Positions 50,400-58,977 of a DNA stretch of 64,000 nucleotides are shown here, piece by piece. The position numbers were made by a program, and so were the translations under genes. Under the pieces are notes generated by a model. The model worked only from the letters and a program-made list of their open reading frames with translations, did no database searches and was not told the DNA's origin. Origin of the DNA: Candidatus Woesearchaeota archaeon (GTDB taxonomy: Archaea > Nanobdellota > Nanobdellia > Pacearchaeales > GW2011-AR1); the NCBI GenBank assembly GCA_964466575.1, contig CAYXNP010000005.1, positions 3,938 to 67,937 on the forward strand, in the 5' to 3' direction. Numbering within the stretch: position 1 is the first letter of the stretch; each line of letters starts with the position of its first letter.

Positions 50400-51123
50400 T
50401 TTTGTACACCCCTAATTCTCCTTCTCCCAATTTCTCACCGGTTTCAATAATTTTATACTCTGACCTCAAATCAGTTATAACATCACTAACACCTTTTCCT
50501 AATCTTCTTGAAAAATTAATAACGCACGGAGAAATAACTTCAACAAATGAAAAACCTTCATGATTAATTGCTTGTTTCAAAACATCTTTAAAATGCTGCG
50601 GAAAAATATGGCTCGTCCTTGCATAAAAATAATTTTTATTTGAAAAAAGAATATCTTGCACATTCAGTGGTTCTTTTAAATTTCCTTGTGGTGTTGTAAT
50701 TGTTTTGGCGCCCAATCTTGTCGTCGGTGAAACCTGTCCGCCTGTCATTCCAAAAACTTCGTTCGAATTGCAAATTACTGTAATATTATCGTTTCTTCTC
50801 GCAGAATGAACAAAATGCCCCAGCCCGATTTCTAATAAATCTCCGTCGCCAGAAATAACTGCCACATCTAATTTTGGATTTCCCTGTTTTACACCAACAG
50901 CCAACGGAATCGCCCGCCCATGCAAACCATGAACAGAATCTAAATCAAAATGCGCCGCAACTCTTCCAGTGCACCCAATTCCAGAAACAACTACAAAATT
51001 CTTTCCCTCTTTCTCAAGCTCTTCAAAAACATCAGCAGTCATATAAAAAAAACTATTAATCCCGCAACCATCGCACCATTTCAAAGGCAGCATTTCACTT
51101 CTAACAAATTTTTTTGAGCTCAT
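50392..51123 (-). CDS. 2-oxoacid:ferredoxin oxidoreductase beta subunit
   Basis: WCDGCG, SGIGC, LHGRA, GDGD and MTGGQ motifs. Confidence 0.93.
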   Translation of the reverse strand: MSSKKFVRSEMLPLKWCDGCGINSFFYMTADVFEELEKEGKNFVVVSGIGCTGRVAAHFDLDSVHGLHGRAIPLAVGVKQGNPKLDVAVISGDGDLLEIGLGHFVHSARRNDNITVICNSNEVFGMTGGQVSPTTRLGAKTITTPQGNLKEPLNVQDILFSNKNYFYARTSHIFPQHFKDVLKQAINHEGFSFVEVISPCVINFSRRLGKGVSDVITDLRSEYKIIETGEKLGEGELGVYKND

Positions 51124-52123
51124 CCTTTACCTCCTCAATAGAAATTTTACCGCCTAATAAAGAAATGCATTCAACATCTCTTTTCAAAAAGCCTTCAACT
51201 TCTCCTCGATACTGTCCATCATTCATTTCAATAACAACTATTTTCTCATAATTCTTTGCAGCTTCTTTCAATTCGTCCAAAATAGGAAACAATCTAATCG
51301 GCCTAAAAATCGCAAATTCGTCCTTTAATTCAGAAACAACTCTCGACGTGATTCCATAAGCAATCAACAACGTATCTGCACTTTTGTTTCCATAAAACTC
51401 ATAAAAATTATATTTTTTAATAACAGCTAAAATTTGCTTCTTCCTATTCCAATACCATTCTCTATAACCCTCTGAATTCTTCGTATCAGGAATTCCATTT
51501 TTACTGGACAATCCTGTAAAATGACGTTTCAAATTTCCTAATGGTTCTACGATTCTTTTTTTCAATTCAATTTTCTCGTTCTTCAACTTTTCAAAATTAA
51601 TTGTCTCTGCCATTCTGCTCAATATCCCATCACTCAATAAAATCACAGGCATTCTCGCTTCTTCAGAAGCATTAATTGCATGAATAGTAGTTTTGTAAAG
51701 TTCTGCAACAGAATTCGGATAAAAAACTAAACTTTGATAATCACCGTGGCTTCCGTGCTTTGCTTGCAAAATATCGCCTTGACTACCAACAGTCGGCATT
51801 CCTGTCGAAGGTCCAACTCGCTGACTATCTATTATTAACAAAGGCGCTCCAACCACATAGGCATAACCAATGCCTTCTTGCATCAAAGAAAAACCGGGCC
51901 CGCTTGTTCCAGTCATAGATTTGGCTCCAGCCAGCGACGCGCCAATACACATATTTATTGCAGCAATCTCATCCTCTACCTGCATAAACTTAACATCTTT
52001 CTTAAGAACAGCAAGCATTATATCAGACGCAGGCGTAATCGGATACGATGGATAAAACTTCAAACCAGCCCGAACTGCACCCTCAACAATTGCTTCATTT
52101 CCAGACATAAGTACATTTGACAT
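51101..52123 (-). CDS. 2-oxoacid:ferredoxin oxidoreductase alpha subunit
   Basis: GNEA, YPITP, EDEIAA, TSGPG and QRVGPSTG motifs. Confidence 0.93.
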   Translation of the reverse strand: MSNVLMSGNEAIVEGAVRAGLKFYPSYPITPASDIMLAVLKKDVKFMQVEDEIAAINMCIGASLAGAKSMTGTSGPGFSLMQEGIGYAYVVGAPLLIIDSQRVGPSTGMPTVGSQGDILQAKHGSHGDYQSLVFYPNSVAELYKTTIHAINASEEARMPVILLSDGILSRMAETINFEKLKNEKIELKKRIVEPLGNLKRHFTGLSSKNGIPDTKNSEGYREWYWNRKKQILAVIKKYNFYEFYGNKSADTLLIAYGITSRVVSELKDEFAIFRPIRLFPILDELKEAAKNYEKIVVIEMNDGQYRGEVEGFLKRDVECISLLGGKISIEEVKDELKKIC

Positions 52124-52349
52124 CACAAAGAATAAATTAATTGACTTTTAAAGTTTGTTGATGATAACTATTTTATAAATCACTTCTTAAAACTTTCTGC
52201 AACCTAAAAACTATATTAACCCAGATTTACCAATTATCACCAGTATCAAAGTTGAATCAAATTCACTATATTATTCCTAACAAAATCCACTTATGAATTT
52301 TACAAATTTCTTCAAAAAAATTTATAAACTCTCCTTCCCAATAATAAAT

Positions 52350-52637
52350 ATGGCAAAAAAGAGGGGAATGTCAGAAAGAAAAGAAGCATGGTTTAGAATT
52401 ATAGTATTAATCTTATCTGGAATTATATTAACAATTTGGAAAGTATTAGTTATTATCTTAACAATAATAAATTGGCTTGTCGTTGTTTTCTCTGGAAAAA
52501 GAAATAAAGGCATGGCAAACTTCTGTGAATACTGGAATACTGAAAGCTACAAATTCGCAAGATACTTGACATTAGTAAATAATGCAAGACCCTTCCCCTT
52601 CTCTGACTTAGAAAGAATAAGCAAGTTTGAAAAATAA
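52350..52637 (+). CDS. DUF4389-like membrane protein
   Basis: Two TM helices...RYLT...RPFPFS. Confidence 0.75.
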   Translation: MAKKRGMSERKEAWFRIIVLILSGIILTIWKVLVIILTIINWLVVVFSGKRNKGMANFCEYWNTESYKFARYLTLVNNARPFPFSDLERISKFEK

Positions 52638-52770
52638 ATAAAGACGCCCTAGAAAGATATACCATTTTTTGTTGAACAAATCTGTTGATAGTATACCACA
52701 TTATCAATTCGCGAGCTAGAAGCGAGTGCTAAATAAAAAAGTATATAACTGTCCTTAATTTTATTAATTC

Positions 52771-53502
52771 ATGAAAAACAAATTTCTTTCATTTATCACA
52801 AAACCTTTTACAAATTTTATAGAAAGAAAAAAGAATCAAAGCAACCTAAAGAAAAAACTAAAATCAGTTCCGCGTTATTCTTCATTTAATGAAATAAAAA
52901 AGTTAGAAGGAGAATTAAGCTATTTTGAAAATAAACTGAACGACTACGGAAAAATAGGAATTATTCTTGGAGCAAGAGGTTCTGGAAAATCTGCATTAGG
53001 AATGAAAATCTTAGAAAACATCGCTTCAAAAAATAAAAAAGTTTTTGCGTTAGGGTTTAGAAAAGACAGATTGCCAGTATGGATAACCCCTATTGAAAAC
53101 ATAAACGAAGTCCCAAACAATTCTTTTCTCCTAGTTGATGAAGCAGGAATTGAATTTTCCTCGCGAAGCGCAATGAGTTCAGTGAATAAACTTCTTTCAG
53201 AACTGCTTTTAATCTCGCGCCACAAAAATATTTCAATAATTTTCATAACCCAAAACTCATCAAACATAGAAATCAACACATTAAGACAAGCTGACTATTT
53301 ATTATTGAAACCTTCTTCACTTTTGCAATTAGATTTTGAAAGAAAAAAAATAAAAGAAATTTACAAAGAAGTTATTGAAATATTCAAAAAACACCCAGAC
53401 AAAGACACAACATACATTTACTCTGATTCTTATAGAGGTTTTGTAAAAGTTCCCCTTCCTTTATTCTGGACTGAAGATTTGAGCAGAAGTTATAGCAAAT
53501 AA
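52771..53502 (+). CDS. P-loop ATPase, Zot/FtsK-HerA-like
   Basis: GARGSGKS, LLVDEAG and SRH...ITQ motifs. Confidence 0.7.
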   Translation: MKNKFLSFITKPFTNFIERKKNQSNLKKKLKSVPRYSSFNEIKKLEGELSYFENKLNDYGKIGIILGARGSGKSALGMKILENIASKNKKVFALGFRKDRLPVWITPIENINEVPNNSFLLVDEAGIEFSSRSAMSSVNKLLSELLLISRHKNISIIFITQNSSNIEINTLRQADYLLLKPSSLLQLDFERKKIKEIYKEVIEIFKKHPDKDTTYIYSDSYRGFVKVPLPLFWTEDLSRSYSK

Positions 53503-53575
53503 AAGGTTAAATTAGGCTTATTTTCAATGTTTTACACCTGAAAAAGTATTTAAAATAGCGAATTTTCCCTATATA

Positions 53576-54334
53576 ATGAGAAATGATAACCCCCGAATTG
53601 CTTTGGCGCAAATCAAGTATTTTGATATTAATGAAAAAAATAACCTGGATAAAATAATTGAATATATTAAAAAAGCTAAGAAAAAAAAAGCTGATATTGT
53701 GTGTTTTCCAGAAACTTGTGTTTTAAAAGATAACCACCTGGATTTAAATCATAAACTATTGATTAAAATTAAAAAAGAATGTAAAAAACAGCAAATTTGG
53801 TGTATTATAACCGACGATTTTATGTATAAAGACAAACAATATAATATGTCTGTTTTGATTAATAGAGAGGGCAAGATTAAAGGCAGTTATAAAAAAATGA
53901 GACCTTATGCTGAAAGAAATGTGACGCCCGGATATAAAATAAGAGTTTTTGATACTGATTTTGGAAAAATAGGAATTGCAATTTGTTGGGACTTGGCCTT
54001 CCCAAGTTTTTTTAGAAGCATGAAAAAATCAGGAGCACAGATTATTTTTTGTCCAGCCCAATGGGCATACGAAGAAAGAGCACATAAAGAAGACCATAGT
54101 AATAGAGAATTAGCTATAATAAAATCTTTAATTTTAACAAGAGCTTTTGAAAATCTGAGTTATGTTGCTTTTTGCAGCCCATGCAGATTAGAGCAAAAAG
54201 ATTTAATTTGTTATTCAGCAATAGCATCGCCTCACAGAATAATTGAAGAAATCCATAATGAAGAAGGTCTTATCTTTGCTGACTTGGATTTGAAAGAAAT
54301 AGATAATTTTAGGAAGATTTATCCTGGGAAATAG
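53576..54334 (+). CDS. Nitrilase-superfamily C-N hydrolase, copy 1
   Basis: FPE, YKK and ICWD catalytic triad. Confidence 0.92.
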   Translation: MRNDNPRIALAQIKYFDINEKNNLDKIIEYIKKAKKKKADIVCFPETCVLKDNHLDLNHKLLIKIKKECKKQQIWCIITDDFMYKDKQYNMSVLINREGKIKGSYKKMRPYAERNVTPGYKIRVFDTDFGKIGIAICWDLAFPSFFRSMKKSGAQIIFCPAQWAYEERAHKEDHSNRELAIIKSLILTRAFENLSYVAFCSPCRLEQKDLICYSAIASPHRIIEEIHNEEGLIFADLDLKEIDNFRKIYPGK

Positions 54335-55181
54335 GTTCCACTTTCGATTTAAGCAAATCTAAAACCTCGCCAACCAACATTTCTTTTTCTTCTTTGAAAA
54401 AATCTAATGAAGGCTCAGAATTTATTTCTAAAGCATACCAATTCCCATTATTTTTCAAAAAATCAATCCCGCAAATATCAATCTTGCAAACTTTAACAAG
54501 TTTATTCGTTAGTTTAATAATCTCGTCGTCCAATTCAAATTTCTCAGATTTTTCTGCATACATTCCTGTTGCTTTCCAGCCATAACCAATTTTTAATGCA
54601 GTCTGAACAATCTTGCCTCCAATAACAGTTACACGATAAGCATGTGACTTGATGTATTGTTGTGCAATTATAGGAAGCCGTTCCAATCCACGCTCATAAA
54701 AACTTTTTATTATTTGAATTGCTTCTTCCTTAGTTTCTGCTTTTTTTACAAATTCTCCTTGCTCTCCAACAACTCGTTTTAAAATAATGGGTTGATGATT
54801 AAAATCAGTAAGTTGTTTTTTTACAGAATTAAAATTATTTGAAAGGAGCATTGTTTCTGGAGTGGGTATATCTGCTTTTTTACATTTCAAATAAAACATC
54901 CATTTGTCTTCGGTATAAAAATAAACCTTGGAATCGCTTGAAGTTTTTATTCCAAGAAATTCAGCCATTTTTACAATTTCTTGCGCCAGCGCTCCAGCTG
55001 TGTTATTAAAAACAATATCGCATTGTTTTATTTTTTCTTCAAGTTCGATAACAGACATATTTTCAGAAACATTAATCATAACCAATTCAAGGTCTTTGTC
55101 TTTCGCAACCTTCAAGAATAATTCTTCTTCTTCAGTTGGGCTTTGGCTTCCGAATATATATCCAATTGTTATTTTTTTCAC
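54309..55181 (-). CDS. RimK-like ATP-grasp ligase, copy 1
   Basis: DKW...IPTP, IAQQYI and GIDF...LEINSEP motifs. Confidence 0.88.
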   Translation of the reverse strand: MKKITIGYIFGSQSPTEEEELFLKVAKDKDLELVMINVSENMSVIELEEKIKQCDIVFNNTAGALAQEIVKMAEFLGIKTSSDSKVYFYTEDKWMFYLKCKKADIPTPETMLLSNNFNSVKKQLTDFNHQPIILKRVVGEQGEFVKKAETKEEAIQIIKSFYERGLERLPIIAQQYIKSHAYRVTVIGGKIVQTALKIGYGWKATGMYAEKSEKFELDDEIIKLTNKLVKVCKIDICGIDFLKNNGNWYALEINSEPSLDFFKEEKEMLVGEVLDLLKSKVEPISQDKSS

Positions 55182-55224
55182 AAGAATAGAAAGTTTTTTA
55201 GTTTATAAAATTTTATATTAAGAA

Positions 55225-55383
55225 GGTTCTGTTGAAAAAGTATGAATTTTTTGAGTTAGATAAAATTTTGGCAATGCAAAACACGAAAGAGGGTGGGTTT
55301 TCGTCGGAATAAAATGGAGACGAAATTTAGTGGGCGATTACTGATACAAAAAATTCCAAAGAAAAAATATTTTCAACAGAGCC
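55225..55383. mobile_element. MITE with perfect 9-bp target-site duplication
   Basis: GGTTCTGTTGAAAA...TTTTCAACAGAGCC, flanked by TATTAAGAA on both sides. Confidence 0.92.
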
Positions 55384-55416
55384 TATTAAGAAAATAATGG
55401 ACAAAAACGGAAAATT

Positions 55417-55572
55417 TTAATCAACTCCGTCTTCAAACTTAAGCAAATGCCTGTTTTCCCAATCTTTTTTCCTTTCTTCAGAACACTTCGGACAAAACTT
55501 TCTTTTATATTTTGGATTATAATTATAAGTAAATTCTTTCTTGCACTCCTGGCAATTCATTGTTTTTTCCAT
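55417..55572 (-). CDS. Small Zn-ribbon protein
   Basis: CQECKKEF...FCPKC; lies immediately downstream of the tRNA. Confidence 0.7.
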   Translation of the reverse strand: MEKTMNCQECKKEFTYNYNPKYKRKFCPKCSEERKKDWENRHLLKFEDGVD

Positions 55573-55584
55573 TTTGATTATAAA

Positions 55585-55657
55585 CGCCCCCACCGGGATT
55601 CGAACCCGGGTCACCGCCGTGAAAGGGCAGCATTCTTGGCCTCTAAACTATAGGGGC
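55585..55657 (-). tRNA. tRNA-Glu(TTC), no intron, CCA not encoded
   Basis: Acceptor GCCCCTA/TGGGGGC; anticodon loop CTTTCAC; T-arm CCGGG-TTCGAAT-CCCGG. Confidence 0.96.
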
Positions 55658-55764
55658 TGAGCGATGTTCACGAGTATTGCCTCAAAACTTTGTTTGAGTG
55701 GGCTCGCGAATCAAGCGATGTTCACGAGTCTCCCAAATCACTTGATACGAGTGGGCTCGCGAAC
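55658..55764 (+). repeat. Two tandem module D hairpins abutting the tRNA 5' end
   Basis: AGCGATGTTCACGAGT...GAGTGGGCTCGCGAA occurs twice. Confidence 0.85.
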
Positions 55765-55854
55765 ATATTGAAGGAAGATAAATTTAGTTTTTAAAGATAA
55801 CTACTCCATTTATCAAAGAGCAAAGAATTTAAACTTCCTTAGATTTATGAATTA

Positions 55855-56607
55855 ATGAAAAGACAGAAAAAACCAATTATCGCACTTGCTCAAATAAAGT
55901 ATTACGATACTTCTAAAGAAAGCAATGTCGAAAAAATTAAGAAATTCATCCGCTTGGCAAAAAAGAAAAACGCCGATATTGTCTGCTTCCCTGAATCCTG
56001 CGTCCACAAAACAATCTTTTTCAGCAAAAACCACAAATTAATAAACGAGATAAAAGAGGAATGCAAAAAAAACAAAATATGGTGCATTATAACTGAAGAC
56101 TTAAAAATCAGAAAAAAATTATACAATACTGCATTATTAATAGACCGCAAAGGGAAAATCAAAGGACATTATAAAAAAATTCATCTTTATGGGGATAAAA
56201 CAAAAGCTGGAGAAGAAATCAGGGTTTTCAAAACCGACTTTGCAAAAATTGGAATTGCAATATGCTGGGACTTGGCGTTTCCTAATTTATTCCAAAAAAT
56301 GAAAAAAAATAACGCCCAAATAATCTTTTGTCCTGCACAATGGTGGTATGACACAGGCGCGCACAAAAAAGACCATCAAAAACATGAGTTAAAAATATTA
56401 GAATCATTAGTTAGAACAAGAGCTTATGAAAATGTCTGTTATCTTGCAATCTGCAATCCAGTCGTGAAATCAAAACAACAAATATCTTATACAGCTATCG
56501 CCTCACCGACGAGAATTCTTTCACAAATAGTAAAAAAAGAGGGATTAATTACAGCCAAAATTAATCTAAATGAAATCAAAAGGATTGAAAAAATTTACAA
56601 AACCTAA
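55855..56607 (+). CDS. Nitrilase-superfamily C-N hydrolase, copy 2
   Basis: FPE, YKK and ICWD; paralog of 53576-54334. Confidence 0.92.
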   Translation: MKRQKKPIIALAQIKYYDTSKESNVEKIKKFIRLAKKKNADIVCFPESCVHKTIFFSKNHKLINEIKEECKKNKIWCIITEDLKIRKKLYNTALLIDRKGKIKGHYKKIHLYGDKTKAGEEIRVFKTDFAKIGIAICWDLAFPNLFQKMKKNNAQIIFCPAQWWYDTGAHKKDHQKHELKILESLVRTRAYENVCYLAICNPVVKSKQQISYTAIASPTRILSQIVKKEGLITAKINLNEIKRIEKIYKT

Positions 56608-57458
56608 TTTTTCTTCGCAGCCTTTTTCAAAAAATTAACAAGTTTTTCTGCAAGTATTTCTCTTTCGCTGCCAAAAAAATCAAAACCCGGCGCAGCATTA
56701 ACTTCAAGAGCAACCCACTTCCCGTTTTTTTTTAAAAAATCAATCCCGCAAATTCTTATATCAACAAATTTCATCATTTTTTTAATAATCTTTCTAAGTT
56801 CATTATCAATAGGAAACTTCTTAAATTTGGTCGCATAAACACCTGTTGCCTTCCACATTTTATTTTTCTTCATCGCTGTTTGAACAATTTTATTATCAAT
56901 AATCAAAACCCTATAACTCGGTGAAAGAATGTATTCTTGCGCAATTATCGGAAGTTTTTCACTTCCCTTCTTCCAGAATTTTTTAATCAATTTTTCTGCC
57001 TCTTTCAAATTTTTTGCTTTTTCAACATATTCGCCGCAAGTCCCTGAAACTCGTTTAAGTATCACAGGCCATTCTCCAAAATTATGCAGCTCCTTTTTTG
57101 CAACAGCAATATCTTCTGACAGCAAAATCGTCTTAGGAGTTGGAACACCATGCTCTTTACACTTAAGAAAAAACATCCACTTGTCCTCAGTATAATAAAA
57201 CGACTTTGAAGTCTCAACCATTTTTTTCCCTAACTCTTCAACTGTTTTCTCAGTTTCAATCACAAAATCGTCCCCGCTTGAATTATAAATAACGTCGCAG
57301 GAATTTATTTTTTCTTTTAATTCTTCTTCGCTGCTCCAATTTGAAGTGCTTATCAAAACCGGAATTACATTTTTCTTTTTCGCAACTCTCCGAAAATAAA
57401 TTTCATCCAATCCCAATCTCCGTCCACTATACAAATATCCTATCACCACTTTTTTCAT
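56604..57458 (-). CDS. RimK-like ATP-grasp ligase, copy 2
   Basis: YTEDKWMF and GIDFLK...LEVN; paralog of 54309-55181. Confidence 0.88.
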   Translation of the reverse strand: MKKVVIGYLYSGRRLGLDEIYFRRVAKKKNVIPVLISTSNWSSEEELKEKINSCDVIYNSSGDDFVIETEKTVEELGKKMVETSKSFYYTEDKWMFFLKCKEHGVPTPKTILLSEDIAVAKKELHNFGEWPVILKRVSGTCGEYVEKAKNLKEAEKLIKKFWKKGSEKLPIIAQEYILSPSYRVLIIDNKIVQTAMKKNKMWKATGVYATKFKKFPIDNELRKIIKKMMKFVDIRICGIDFLKKNGKWVALEVNAAPGFDFFGSEREILAEKLVNFLKKAAKKN

Positions 57459-57501
57459 ATTAAATTAAGCAAACCATAATTTTTAAACCTATATAAATAA
57501 T

Positions 57502-57650
57502 GGCTCTGTTGAAAAAGTATGAATTTTTTGAGTTAGCTAACTTGTTGGAAAACTCAATGAACGCGAAGGGTGAGTTGCCTGTTGGAGACAGGCTTTAGTG
57601 GGCGATTACTAACTCAAAAAATTTCAATAAAAAAGATTTTCAATAGGGCC
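57502..57650. mobile_element. MITE, diverged interior
   Basis: GGCTCTGTTGAAAA...TTTTCAATAGGGCC; target duplication not clear. Confidence 0.82.
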
Positions 57651-57716
57651 TTATCATAATTATCCCAAGTCCTTTCAAAATATACAATTTATAAATTAGT
57701 CTTTCCCATATATAAT

Positions 57717-58535
57717 ATGAGAAACAAACCAGGCAAAAAAGGCAGAGGAAAATCAGACCCAATAAAACAAAGAAAAACTTTCCCAAGCATAGTAATAAAA
57801 GTAATAGATGAATCAGACATAATCCTGGAAATCCTCGACGCAAGATTCATTAAAGACACTCGAGACATAAAAATAGAAGACTATATAAAAAAACAAAAAA
57901 AAATCTTAATTTATGTTTTAAATAAATCAGATTTAGTTGAAGTAAAAGATTTGAAAAAAGAATTAGAAACTGAAAAAATTCATCCATTCGAAATCATCTC
58001 ATCCAAAACAAGAAAAGGAAGCAGAGAATTAAGAGATAGAATAAAAAGAGAAAGCAAAAAAATCAGCGCTCAACGAATTTATGTTGGAATAATCGGCTAC
58101 CCAAACACTGGAAAAAGCTCAGTAATAAATATTTTAGTCGGCAAACATTCTGCAAGAACAGCCTCGCAATCCGGCTTCACAAAAGGAATACAAAAATTAA
58201 AACTCTCAGAAAATGTCTACCTTTTAGACTCGCCTGGAGTAATCCCTATTTCCGAATATTCTTCAATAAAATCAGAAGCTTTAGGAAAACATACAAAAAT
58301 CAGTGTCAGAACTTACGACAAAGTCAAAGATCCAGAAATGCAAGTTGCATATTTAATGAAAGCTGCACCTTCAAAAATAGAAAAATTCTACCAAATTAAA
58401 GCAAATGGCAACTCAGAAATATTAATCGAAGAACTTGGAAGAAAAAAACACATAATAAAAAAAGGTGATGAAGTTGACGGCGATAAAGTCGCAAGATTAA
58501 TTCTAAAAGATTGGCAGGAAGGCAGGATTTATTGA
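57717..58535 (+). CDS. Circularly permuted GTPase, RbgA/YlqF family
   Basis: LDAR, NKSD, GYPNTGKSS and DSPG in G4-G1-G3 order. Confidence 0.92.
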   Translation: MRNKPGKKGRGKSDPIKQRKTFPSIVIKVIDESDIILEILDARFIKDTRDIKIEDYIKKQKKILIYVLNKSDLVEVKDLKKELETEKIHPFEIISSKTRKGSRELRDRIKRESKKISAQRIYVGIIGYPNTGKSSVINILVGKHSARTASQSGFTKGIQKLKLSENVYLLDSPGVIPISEYSSIKSEALGKHTKISVRTYDKVKDPEMQVAYLMKAAPSKIEKFYQIKANGNSEILIEELGRKKHIIKKGDEVDGDKVARLILKDWQEGRIY

Positions 58536-58752
58536 GAATGTTTTTTATGTCAATTATGTTAACTCAGATTTAATACTTATCACTATTACACTTTAATCTA
58601 AACACATTAAATAAAAAGAAGTTTATGCATTCACATAATCTCTCTGTTCGTAGAGTCGTGCGTCTAGCCGACTCGGAGCCTTCCCCACAATTTCTTAACC
58701 ACATTATCCCTGACAAAATTTTTTGAAAATCATCAACAAAAATCCAACATTA

Positions 58753-58956
58753 TTATTTAACTAACTGCCAAAGTTTTTTTCTTCTAACTTGTCCAGAATC
58801 ATCCTTAAACTCTCCATCGTAAACAACCCTATACAAATATCTTTTTCTTATATTAGAAATCTCATCAAAAACTAAAACAGGAAGTTCTAATCCTTCTTCA
58901 TGATTTTGAGCGTAAACAACTCCATTAACAGAACAAAAATATTCTAATCCTTCCAT
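58753..58956 (-). CDS. Small hypothetical protein
   Basis: 67-aa ORF downstream of elp3. Confidence 0.45.
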   Translation of the reverse strand: MEGLEYFCSVNGVVYAQNHEEGLELPVLVFDEISNIRKRYLYRVVYDGEFKDDSGQVRRKKLWQLVK

Positions 58957-58977
58957 AATTTAACAATAAAATGAATA

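Noticed and set aside
55658-55764. Possible mini CRISPR array
   Set aside because: Only two units, which are hairpin arms of a dispersed repeat. No cas operon is present, and the lone RecB/Cas4-like gene is 35 kb away.
55225-57650. Composite transposon or tRNA-integrated island carrying the second nitrilase/RimK pair
   Set aside because: The 55225 MITE has its own perfect target duplication, the outer flanks do not match, and no duplicated tRNA 3' end was seen.
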